This document shows positions 38,449 through 49,901 of a stretch of 64,000 bases of DNA, one piece after another; positions within the stretch are counted from its first letter, which is position 1; every line of letters begins with the position of its first letter. The translations under genes and the position numbers were made by a program. Origin of the DNA: Rhizaria sp. SCN 62-66 (lineage: Eukaryota); the NCBI GenBank assembly GCA_001724265.1, contig MEDY01000120.1, positions 1-64,000 on the forward strand. Reading direction: 5' to 3'. The notes under the pieces were generated by a model. The model ran no database searches, was not told the DNA's origin, and saw only the letters and a list, made by a program, of their open reading frames with translations.

Positions 38449-38744
38449 CGTCGGCAATGCTGAAGCCGCTTAGTTAGAGAAGATTTAAGAGGTCTTAAGA
38501 AAATTCAAAATAAGAAAATAGATATAAGTGTTAGAAATGGCTATATATGATTCTCACATGCGCGGTTGACGATTAGTTATGTGGGGACAGTCTGTTGTTT
38601 GAATGCTCCTCGAAGGTCGAGAGTCGTTGGGATGGAAAGGATGTCCAAAATTGCAATATATGATGCGTCATGGCTTGATCGTATAAGTTCGATCTGGATG
38701 CGTTTTGCGAAGTAAACCATGGCCAGAATACTAATATTCAAATT

Positions 38745-41700
38745 ATGTTTTCCAAATCTGTGTTCTTCCTGCCCCACAGCAATCCCCAACCTTCCCTCAG
38801 TACAGAGCAGATCCTGTCCGTCCTCATGAGCAGGCCCGCTGCCTCAGCAGCAGCCTTCGTCTCTGCCCCCGCTGCCACAGCCTTGCTTGCACCTGTAGCA
38901 GCGACGGCGGCGTCGCTGGCAGAGGAGCGCGTGCGCACGGCGGCCTTTGCGGCGCGGCTGCAGGCCATCCAGGCGCTCGCTCGGGGTGAAACACTGGCCG
39001 CGAGCAGCAGCAGCAGCAACCACAGTGGTGCCAGCGGCAGTACCGCTCGCGCGAGTGCCACCAGCAGCAGCACCAGTGTGGCCGGCCGTGGCAGCAGCGA
39101 CAATAGCAGCGCGCGCAAAGCTAGCCTGAGCCGCAGCGCAGCTGTCCCTGGTGCTGTCCCTGGTGCTGCCCCAGCTGCTGCTGCGTCCGCAGGCTCTGGC
39201 GGGGGCATTTTGACCGAGCTCGAGTGCTTTGCTGCTGCCGCAGTCGTCGCTGTTCTGTTGGGCCGGCGGTCGACGCGCTCACGGTCACAGTTGCATCCGC
39301 GGTCAGAGCTTACGAGTGACGATGCGGGTGCTGTCACTGTCGCGTATGCCAGCGGACACGAATGCCTCGAGCTGTCCACTACTGTGGGTGCTGCAGAAAA
39401 CAGCGCCGATGCTGAAGCTCGCATAAGTAGCAGCAGAGGCCACAGCAGCAGCTGCAGCTGTTATGACGCTGTGATCGCGCCTGCGCTCGAACGCTGTCCC
39501 GCTTGCCATCATGGCAATCGCCATAGCAGCAAAGGCAGCAGCAACAGCAGCTTTAGCAGCGGCAGCAATACAATGAGTGATTGCAGTCAGCAGCAGCGGT
39601 CACAGTGTGAACACTGGCGGCCGCCGCGCTGCGGCTGCTGCGCACAGTCCCTTGCGAGCGACAGCGACTGCTCACGGTCACTTGTCAGCAGCAGCAGCTA
39701 GTCGCGCCCGCAGCAACGCCCGCGGGCAGCTGGGCGTGATGCCACAAAGACGCACTTCTTAGAGTCAGCAATCTATTTCAAGCCACCTTCTCCTTTTGAC
39801 TCGGCGTCATCAGCCACGAACAACAGCGGCAACGACGACAACGGCGGCAACGCGGACGGCGATGGCGACACCGGTGTGTCGTCCGTCACTGCGCCCGCGG
39901 TCACCGCGCTCTGGCTCGAGTGTGGGTCCGTGCCGCATCACGCATCTGCCCACAGTCACTCAGCAAGTTACAGTGGCCCTGAAACTGAGGCCGACACGGA
40001 CACTGATAGGGGCTTGCAGTGGGCTGAGGTGTGGGTGACTGTGAGCAGCCGAATCAGCTCGCGATCCCGCTTAATTGCCGACGGCGCCTCCTTAGATATG
40101 GACGGCGCCCCTTTAGACTTGGATGAAGATGTAAGTGCGAGCTTCTGTGTTGCGCGCGTGCCGCTGCCGCCAAACTCGCAGCTGCCGCTGCTGCTGCCGC
40201 CTCAGAGCAACGGCGCGCACGCAAGCAGCGGCAACAGCGGCGTCGTAGGGGCGAAAGGGGCAAAGATGAGCAGCAGCAGCTACTGGGGCGAGGTTGGCGG
40301 GAAGGCGCGCGCTCATGTGCTCACTTACAATCTAAGTACCTCCAGCGACAATCGAAACACGAATGCTCTATATCGCGGCAGCAATCAGGACGCATCACGC
40401 GCGAGTACTACCAACATTCTAAGCGTCTATGGCAACGACATCAACAGTCCCAGCCGCAATGAAAACGCGTCCAAGAACGATCGCCGCAATCACGACAACA
40501 GCAACAACAGCAATAACAGCAACACAAGTCTTGTAAGCAAGCTGGGATTGGGACCGGGTCAAAGGCTGATGCCGAGGCCGCTGCCGCCGCCGCCGCCGCC
40601 GCCGCTGCCCCAGTCCCAGCCACGTCAGCCCCAGCAGCAACAACAGCAGCAGCAAGAGCTTGCGCGCGAGTGGTTGCGGCAGCAGAACAGGCAGCGGCTG
40701 CTCCGCGGCGGCCGGCCCATTGCCACAGCGACGACGGCGACTGCGGTATCAACCGCGGTGGCAGCGAGCGCTGCCTTTGGTCGCCGAGCCCCGGCCCCCC
40801 CTCTGAGCAGCACCGGCGCGAACGGCGCAAGCTCTCGCAGCCGTAGCCGCAGCGGCGACGCCAACGCCGACTGCGAGTGCAACGGCACGCGCAGTGCTGC
40901 GGCGCCTGCGGTGCGCAGTGGGAGTTAGGACGCAAGCGGTCGATATGGCTACTTGGCACACTCGCGCTCGCGCTCTAACTCTAGCTCTCGTGACCGAGAC
41001 CGTGACCGTAACCGTGAGCAAGCAGCGAAGGTAAGTGGGCGCGCAGGCAGCGACTGTGAGCGTGTGCGCGTCAAAGCATCTGCCCACAGTCGCTCACCTA
41101 GTGCTCACCGTCCCTCTCACGGCCACGCTCGCAGTCTGAGTCGCAGTAACGGCATCGCCAGCCGCAACGCTGTCACGAGTGCTACTGTCACCGTGGCGAT
41201 TGCGAGCGATACGGAGGACTGCGATGATGATCGTAACAACAGTGCTGCAGATGCCGACGATGGATTAGAGCAGCATCTACAAGCACAACCGCAGCAACAA
41301 CAGCAGCAGCAGCAGCTGCAGTCGCAAGTTGCTGGGTCTGCTTCTGCTGCTCTTGATTACTATGCTGCTCAAGACACTGACAACGGCGTTAATGTCCATG
41401 AAGGCGAAGGCACGTTTCCGCTTGACGAGGCCGACGTCAGCAACATTGCAGACGCGGAGGCGGCTGCGCTCATGCATGCCTGGCTCGCGGAAAGTCAGAG
41501 CGCGTATGAAGACACTGAAGACGCTTCATGCGGTCAAAGTCAAGCCGGCTCTAATCATGTCGATGCGATGCAAGAGCAGCAGCAACAGCAGCAGCAGTAG
41601 CAGCAACATCACAGCGCTGAGCAGGAGCAGGAGCAGGGGCAGCACCACAATAGCCTAGACCGTGATGTGTTGAGAGCGCTGGACCTGCTGGGCCGGGCGC

Positions 41701-44374
41701 CGCGGCCGCAGCCGCTGCTGCCGCTCCTGTTGCGCTGCGCACAGTCACCTGCTGGCCGTTTGCAGTCACATGCTATGAGTACACAGCCATCTGCTGCCGT
41801 TGATACAGATGTATCTGTGAATGACAACGCTGCCGTCACGCGACTACAGCAGCAGCAGCCGCAGTACAGCTACGACGCGTTGTTTGAAGCCGGTGCAGAC
41901 AACGCCAAGGGCTACGGTGATCCCAACGCTGCTGCTGGTGCTGTGAATCCCGCTCTGGACACGGCTGTGGCGGCCGCTGTGACTGCCGCCTTCGCGCACC
42001 CGTCTCCAAAGCCTAGCACTCGCGCACGTGATAATGCGGCTGCGTGGCAGCAGCGCGGGGGCGGCTTGGCTTTGAATGCCGGTTTGACTTCTCCCATTGG
42101 CGGTTTCTCATTTCTCAACAGTGACAACAATGGCGTAGCTTCACCTGGCGGCTTAACTTCGCCGTACTTTATTCGCAGCAACCTGCAACACTTCGACAAC
42201 AACAGCAATAACAACAACCTTTACGCCAATAGCACTAGCAACAGTCGGAGCGGCAGCAGCGGCGTCCACGACGCCAGCCACAGCGGCGGCCTCCCGAGCG
42301 ACTGTGAGCACACTGCGGGCGGCGAGTCGTTTCTCTACTCGCCCGCGCCGCATCAGAGTGACCACATCAGCAAAAACAGCAACGGCGACAGCGGTGTCAT
42401 TCGCGGCAGCAGTCACAAAAGTCCGCGCACCGAGCTGATGCACGCGAGCACAGACACAAACACGCCTCTGAAGAACGACCGCGACGTTGACTGGAGCAAC
42501 GACGACGCTGGCGACGCTGGCGCTGGCAGAAACTGCGACCCCGCGCTGGACGAGTGTCCGCCGCAGTCAAGGCCGCAGTCGCTGCTGCCGCGGCCCACGG
42601 CGAGTCCGTTCGCTGCCGCTGCCAGTGCCCACAGTCACTCTCGGGCGCAGTTGCAGGCGCAGGCGGGGGCGCATTTGCGGTCTCAGCTGTGTGCTGCGAC
42701 AGGACTGCCACAGCAGCTTGTGGCCGCTCCGAGTGCAACCAAAACGCATGTGCAAACACAGACGCAAGATTCCTTTGCTCCGAATGTTCCTGGGTCAGTT
42801 CTTGCTCCTGCCTCTGGCGCGGCCTCAGTGTCCGACGCAGTCACCGCAAGTGCCTGTGCGCCTGTGAATGATTGTGCGCCTACTCGTGAGACTGCAGTAT
42901 CTCCGGTAGCCTCCGCAAGTGAGGCCGACACCGACATCAATCGCACTGCTAGCGCCCCTGCAACGCCGACGCCAACAGCTATGGCCCCAGCGTCGCCTGC
43001 AACGGCCCCCATCAGCTCCACATCCGCATCCACGGCCACGGCCACTGCCACGGCTACTGCGAGAGCCAATGCCAGTGCCAATATCGATAACGCCGCCGCA
43101 CCGTCCCCGGCCGCGCTGGCAATGGCCCAGGCCCGCGCCGCGGCCGCGCGCGTCGCCGCCACCGCCGCGGCCGCCGCCGCCCGCGTCACCGGCACTCGCG
43201 CTGGCGCACTGCGCCCGCGGTTGCGGCTGCGGCGCCGAGCGTAGTGCTCGAAGTGACGGCCGCGAGGATCGCTGCCAACGCGCACGTCGGTGTCGGGGGG
43301 CTAGCGCTATCGTGGGTGCGCAATCTAGCGCCACCGCCGTCCATATCAGACCTGAAGCAACGGCAGCCGATGCCGAAGCTTGACTCTCCCGCGACTGCTG
43401 CGGCTGAAACTGCAACGGTGACCGCGAGTGACTGTGAGCGGGCGCGGTGGGGCGGCGCGGACGAACTTGAGAGCATCAGCAGCAGTCTGAACAGCAGCTT
43501 GAACGGCATTTGCAACGCCGACGAAGACAGTAATAGCTCTCAAGCGGCCTGTCTTGCCAGCAATGAAAGTGGCAGTGGCAGTGACATCAGTGGCGATAAG
43601 AGCAATGAAACTCCCACTCATGCAAATGCAGCTGCGGACCACAGCGGCGAAAGCGCTGGTGTTGCGGATATTGCAACTGATACTGCAGGCGCAAGTGCGT
43701 GCAACAACAGCCACGCTGGTGCTGATGAAAACACACACATAGTTGCAGGTAATGTCGTCTGCACCGGCAGCGATGCTACCAGCAACCACAACCATGACCA
43801 GGACAACTGCGGCGACTTTGACAACAGCAGCAGACTGTTCAGCAGCATTAGCGACGGCGACAGCAGCACTAGCAGTGAAAACGCGACCAACGAGTCCGGC
43901 AACAACAATCGCAGTGGAAGCAGCGCTGCCGTCACGACGGCTGCTGCAACTAAACCCACAATCACGAACGTTGCGCCCACACAAGCTTCCACACCGGTGC
44001 CCATGATCGCTGTCACTGCGCCCCCGGCCGCTCGGCTCAAGCCACTGCCTTCTCCTGAGACTGTCATTAAATCACAATCAAAAGCACAATCGCAGGCTCC
44101 TTCCCAGTCGCAGTCGCGCGTGTGCGTGTGCCCGTCTTTTGTCCCCGCGTACTTGTTGTCTCCAAACACTCCAATAACAACGCAGACGGCAGCAGAGGCA
44201 GACAGCGTTAACGCACGCACCAATGCAGCGAATGCTGTCAGCGAGACAGTGTGTGTGGTGCACTACTCGCTCCGGCTGCGGCTGCGGCACGAGGCCGCGC
44301 TGCTGCTGGGGGTTAACGAGAAGCTCCGCCAGCGGCGCCAGCGCAAGCTTCGGCCACAGCAACAACAGCTTTAA
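38745..44374 (+). CDS. Large hypothetical low-complexity protein (~1870 codons) with three in-frame TAGs (39699, 40926, 41598) and one frameshift near 43210; start uncertain
   Basis: Four ORF-track segments lie in the same frame, separated only by TAG, with no TAA/TGA and no AT-rich intron-like gap. The coding composition continues in another frame to TAA 44372-44374. Confidence 0.6.
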
Positions 44375-44945
44375 CGAGATTTGTCACTTAATCAGCTTGC
44401 ATACCACCTGCAGCGACACACCTACAAACATGAGCAAATAACATATAGCACTTGTTACATAAAACCAACCCGGAATACATACAACTTTACGTTTTGAACT
44501 ACACGAACGAAATAAACATACACATCGCAATCACGACAGCCAGCACAAGAGTACCCCTCTGCTCGTGCCTGCAAATTCTCTTAATCACGCCGTACACCGC
44601 GGGCAGCTTCTCCGCGAGCTCCCCCCCCCCCCCCCCCCCACGCCGCGCTGGCGAACTAGCGACGCGTACGACTAGTCGAGCCCCGCCAGCACGGACTGCA
44701 CCGACGCGCGCTCCTTAGCCAGCAGCGCCGGGTCCGCGCCGGCCTCGGACGCCGCGCCGCCCATCTCGGCGTCGGACTCGGCGCAGTCAGCGCGGCGGCG
44801 CGCGCCGAGTCGCGCGTTTTGCGGTGTCGAGCGCGAGCTCGTCGGCAATGCCACAGAAGCGCGAGAGAAACTGCCGCTGCCACTTCCACGCGGCCGTGAG
44901 GGTGCCCATGGCGGAGAGGAGCAAATTTGCTTGTGCCAAGACCAA

Positions 44946-44965
44946 CATCATCATCATTATCATCG

Positions 44966-45054
<89 letters not shown>
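44946..45054. repeat. (CAT/ATG)n trinucleotide microsatellite, ~36 units
   Basis: Seen directly, with two variant units. Confidence 0.97.
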
Positions 45055-45055
<1 letters not shown>

Positions 45056-45617
45056 GTCGCCCAGCCGCGGCTCACGCAGCAGCCCACGCTGCCGCGATCG
45101 CGGCCGCCACCGCCGCCGCCGCCGCGGAGGCAGCGGTCGCGAGGGCAGCCGCTGCGGGGACAGCGGCCGCCGAGGCAGCCGATGGCACGTCCGCGGACGC
45201 TAGCGCGGACGTGCCATCAGCTGCCCGCGCGCGCACACGCAGGTAGCGCGTGCGCAGTGCCAGAGTACAGTCCGGACACTGCTTGTTGATCGATCTGAAC
45301 CACTTGCCAGGCCCTACAACGATAGCAAAGCACGTCTTTGGGTCCACATTGTTGCACCTAAAAGGATTATCCAGCTGGTGATCCCAAGCAACAGCGTAGC
45401 AATAAGCAACCGGGATCTTCCGGACGCGCACATTTGCGTCCCGAGCAACGCGAACCAGAAAACCATCAAACACCGACAGAACAGCAGTGTGGAGCTTATT
45501 AACACGCGTAGAGGCCTTTAAGTCGTCAACCGAAGGAGTAGTGCGCTTGACTTGAAAGAAAGTCGCGCGCATGTCAATTTCGACTAGCTTTGCTGCGCCT
45601 GCAATCTCGGCCTTGCT

Positions 45618-45666
45618 CTTGTCCTTGCCCTTGTCCTTGCCCTTGTCCTTGCCCTTGTCCTTGCCC
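45618..45666. repeat. 12-bp tandem repeat CTTGTCCTTGCC x~4 (GKDK peptide on the minus strand)
   Basis: Seen directly. Confidence 0.9.
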
Positions 45667-45880
45667 TCAGGCACAACAATCTTGGCGATGTGATACGCGT
45701 CAACAGCCTCGTGGCATTAGCTCTTAAGGCGCCTACAAGAATCAAAATTGACCTCGTCAAGCGCGGTGGAGACTCCGTCCTTTGTAATGGCACGTGCTAA
45801 TCATTTGCTAACCTGGATAATTATTTATGTTCTGTTGATTATAGCTCCACCAGAAAAGTATACACGTGTCAACGCGGCAC

Positions 45881-48800
45881 ATGGACGCCGACGAGCCGAC
45901 CGCGGTTTTGGCTCTCGCCACCAACGAAGTCTTTCTCGTCTTCCGCGACAGTACCGTCCTCATCCTCCATGAAGGTTTGTCAAATACGTCACCTTTGTAG
46001 TAACTCAGTAGAAATGGCGCTTGCATTTCCCCACATGCACTGTATCCCCCTCACCCCTTGCTCCTTGTTATCCTCCTCTCGTGGCTTCATTGTGTTTAGA
46101 CCCCAGTTACTTCTCTTTCGCGGTCGCCGCAGCCGACGGCAGCGGGCTCCGCAGCCTCACCAAGCACGTTTCGGCCTCTTGTCTTTCCTCTTTGCGCCAC
46201 AAGCTCGCCCATGCAGTCGCAGCACGCAACTCTTTGTGCGTATACGCGCCCTCTCTTATCATCCCGCCTCCACTTGTACTTAACGCAAACATCGCAAACA
46301 CGATTCGCAATCCTGCTGGCGCTGTTCCCACTCGCGGCGCGGGCGCTAACCACAGTGTGGGGGCTGTCAGTGTGTGCGAAAGTGTGATTGACTACGCAGG
46401 TGTCTATCAACACATTTGTTCCACAACAGCTGCAGCAGCAGCAGCAACACCTCACAACCTCAGCACTCCGAGCGCTGCTGTTGCTGCGGCGGCGGTCGAG
46501 GGCATTGCTGCACTGCTGCCGCCGCCGCAGCGCCTGGCCGACTGGCCCCGCCTTGTTGCCGACGCGTTTGCCTGGCCTCAGCAGCACCAGCAGCAACAGC
46601 AACAACAGCAGCAACCGCAAGAGGCTGTGAGCAGTCGGAGCAGCAGCAGCAGCAGCTGCAGTCGCAGTGGCAGTGGCTCTCACGACAATAGCGGAGTGAC
46701 TGTGAGCAGGTGGGCCGGCCGCGCGCTGCGCCAAAGCGACCTCGCAGCGCTGCCGCTGCTTGCTCCCACGCACAGCCACGGCCACTGCCACGGTCACGGT
46801 CCCTCTGGTCTTTGGGGCGCTCCCGGCGTGTTTTCGTGGATGACACTGACTGTGCCCCTGACAACGGGCAGCACGCAAGTCAAGCCGCGTAATCATAATC
46901 ACAACGGCGTCGACGAGCACCAAAGTGAACCCGCCGATGGTAATGGTCACGATGCTGGCAATGTCAGCTCTCTGGCAAGCGAACTGCATCGAATGCAAGC
47001 CGCCATCGCGCACTCGAACACACTCATCAATGCTAACACCGCTGACAACACCGCTTTCGCGCACAACCCTCACACTGCCGCTGGCGCCGACGCCAACGGC
47101 TATGCGTAGCAGCAGCGCGCTCCGTGCGCGCAATGGGCGCGAGTCGCTGTGCTGCGGCTCGACGGGGGGCTGCCACCGCGGCCGGGGCCCGTGGCGCTGC
47201 CGCCGCTGCTCCCGCTCTCCATCGCCCCCGGCAGTCCTAGCCGCAGCAGCAGCAGCAGTGAGGGCGAGAGTGCTTTTGCGAGTCGCAGCGGCGCTACCGC
47301 TGCTGCTGCTGCTTCTGCTGTCGCAGTCGGTGCAGGGCCGTGGCTGTGCGCATGGGCTCTACCGCCTCTGGAACAGCCCCTCTCACACTCGCGCTCGCGC
47401 AGTCACGGCCACGGCTACGGCCAGAGCCGCGGCCTTAGCTCCCGGCAAGAGCGTCACGACGCGGCGATTGCGCGTCTGGCGCTCACGCTCGCGCAGTCAC
47501 TCTCTCTGAGTCCCGACAGCCCGCACAGCAGTCAGGCGAATTGCAGTCAGGCGAGCAGCGGGGCCCACGCGGAGCACGGCGACGGCAGCGCCAGATGCAG
47601 CGCGAGATGCAGCGCGAGCGAGAACGACTCTCTCGCCACAGAGACCGCTGCCGCCGCCGCCGCCGCTGCCGCCGCCGCCGCCGTGCGCATTGCTGTCGCG
47701 GCCGCCGTGGCCGCGGGCGCCAAGGTCTGCGCCCTGTCGCTGCCGCTGCGCGGACTTGTGGTGGCGGCGGCGCCCTCGCAGACGGGCGCGCGCCTCGTTG
47801 CCTGGCGCAGCAACCGCCGCGACTGCAGCAGCAGCAACAGCGACGGTGACAGCAAAGCGCACAATGCCGCCGGTGCTGCGGCGGCGAGTCGCAGGGCGAG
47901 TGCCGGAGGGGTGTGGGTGCTTGAGCTGTCGCCGTGCGCGGGCACTGGCGGGCCGGGCGCGGGCATGCTGGGCCCCGGGTCCTCACTATGGGCGCTCAGC
48001 GCGGCCGGCGAGGGTGTGCACGGTCACGCCGCGGGCTGGGAAAGGGTTGGGTACAAGGTATGCGTGCGCTCGCAACGTTGATGTAATATCAATGAAATTT
48101 TAGTTGAATCAAATTGAATGATTTTTAGTGAATTGTGTGTATTTATTATCCTGGTTCAACACAATAGCCTCATTTCAACCTATCTATCTCATTTTAATTC
48201 GATTACTGTGCCCCTCACACTGCACCACTGCAGAGCCGCGCCCTGCTCGAGGCTCTGGCCCCGGTGTGCGGCTTTGCGGCCGCGCTTGAGACCCGCTGCT
48301 GCGACGCCGCCTACGCCCACGCTGACGCCGCGGCCGTGCAGTCTGGAGCGGGGTCTGGAGCGGGGGGGGCGCGGTGCGGCACGATGCAGCAGTGCGTGAC
48401 GTGTGGCGCGTTGGAGCCCGACTACACGGCCGCGCTGACCGCGATCGTGACGCCGCCCCCTGTCTCGTCGTCGTTATTATTCAACAACAACGAAAACACG
48501 GACCCAGGCCTGCCCGGCCTCGACTCTGGCTCTACTCTCTCCACTGCGAGCGAGACTGCGGGTGCATGTGCGAGTGCGGGTGGTAAGTCAGCTGCTGCAG
48601 CCGCGGCGGCTCGGGCGGCGGCCGCGGCGGCGGCCGTGTTGGCGCCGGCGCGCGTGGTGGCCGAGCAGTCCGTGCCGGGCGTGGGGCTGTTCACGCTGCA
48701 CGGCGACGGGCGCGTGGCGGCGCGGTATTACGACAACACACTCGTCAAACTCACTGACGACCACGCTAACAGCGGCGACCTCGGCCGCGGCAGTCACGGC

Positions 48801-49514
48801 CACGGTCAGAGCCAGAGCCAGAGTCGGAGTCGGACGCAGGGCCAGGACCAGGGCCATGACCAGTGCCCGTCTCAGGGCGTGGCGGTGGTGCGCGGCGCGG
48901 ACGGGGTCACGGTGACGGTGGCCACGGCCCTGGTGCTGCGTCTGCTGCGGCAGTACGAGCGCACCGCGGACGCGGTTACGGCACACAGCAGAGCGGACGC
49001 AGCAGCTGAAGCGGCAGCGCGGGCGCTGATGACCGGCGCTGACACTGGCGCTGGCACTGGCGCTGACACTGGCGCTGACACTGGCGCTGGCGCTGGCGCT
49101 GGCGCTGGCGCAGAGGCTCGGACTGTGGTAGCTCCAGTGCCCGCGGCGCTGGCTGCGGCGCTCGGTGCAGCGCTAGCAGAGGAATACCCCGTTGAGGACG
49201 AGGAGGACGATCTGGATAAAGGCTCAGCTTCCCGCTCTAGCGACGCCGAGAGCGGCCCCGAACAGGCGCAGCGGCGCGCTGAGCGTGAGGCCGCGCGGGC
49301 GGAAGCGGTGCGCAGCGCAGTACGGGCCATTGCGTACGTTCTGCCCGCGCTCGAATTCCGCCGCTGGGCCGTGCAGAGCCCCGAGGAGCGCGCGCGCGCA
49401 GAACGGGAGCGCGTGGCGCGCGCCGCGGCCGTCGAGGCCTTCGTCGGCCGCCTCGAGCGCGGACTGGCCGTGGGACAGCAGGTCGACCGTCTGCGACGCA
49501 TTTTCGAGAATTAA
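45881..49514 (+). CDS. C5orf34-like protein (DUF4524/DUF4520-like), ~1110 aa; exons 45881-45974, 46100-48057, 48234-49514; in-frame TAG at 47107
   Basis: N-terminal MDADEPTAVLALATNEVFLVFRDSTVLILHEDPSYFSF...SCLSSLRHKLAHAVAARN and C-terminal EQSVPGVGLFTLHGDGRVAARYYDNTLVKL...YVLPALEFRRWA resemble the two C5orf34 domains (recognised by eye). Both introns are in phase; ends in TAA. Confidence 0.65.
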
Positions 49515-49717
49515 CGATGAATATTCGCTAATTGTTAAAAAGCAATTTGATATTTAGTTTTTCAACAGTAGTATGTATTTATATTTTATACTTTTATAAA
49601 TTTAGATAGTGCTTATGAATACAAAATTCTCACTTGAATACTTCTACCTCCCTTCGCTCGTGGGTGGTCGTGAGGAGTTGAAATGGGGTGGGTCCGGCCC
49701 GACTTCTGAGGTAAAGT

Positions 49718-49901
49718 AAGAATGTACTCGTTCAGGATCTTATGTATAGTCTAAACCACTAAACTTCCCTCCAACTTGTACGCGATCATATCAAAGTTGG
49801 AAGACGAAATATGGGCGCACTCGTTAAGCGAAACCGGCACTCCCCTCTTGTGGGGAGTGCCTTGAGGAGCAAAAACGCCTGTGCTGCCGGACCGACAACT
49901 T
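49718..49901 (+). ncRNA. U3: Divergent U3 snoRNA candidate (~184 nt)
   Basis: The 5' sequence AAGAATGTACT..TCAGGATCTTATGTATAGT looks like boxes A' and A. It has a terminal stem AAGTTG/CAACTT, C'-like GAAGACGA, stem TATGGGCG/CGCCTGTG, B-like AAGCGAAA, a 10-bp hairpin GGCACTCCCC/GGGGAGTGCC, C-like TTGAGGA and D-like CCGA, followed by a T-run. Confidence 0.65.

Larger units (their letters stand above)
44550..45690 (-). pseudogene. Decayed or mis-assembled minus-strand coding remnant with microsatellite and homopolymer expansions
   Basis: Coding-like segments fall in different frames ([83 protein letters not shown]). They are broken by TGA/TAA, a (GAT)n tract and a 19-nt G run. Confidence 0.4.

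Noticed and set aside
44787-45289. Poly-Met, poly-His, poly-Ile, poly-Ser and poly-Asp ORFs
   Set aside because: All are translations of the same (CAT)n microsatellite, and none is independently supported.
39699-47109. Tiny introns, selenocysteine or pyrrolysine as explanations for the in-frame stops
   Set aside because: No GT..AG intron signals or AT-rich gaps flank the TAGs. Selenocysteine uses UGA, and pyrrolysine is not known in eukaryotes and would not fit poly-Gln contexts.
38745-49514. One giant gene interrupted by an insertion at 44375-46000
   Set aside because: The downstream gene has its own ATG exon (45881-45974) that completes a C5orf34-like N-terminus, and the upstream gene ends at TAA followed by UTR-like sequence.
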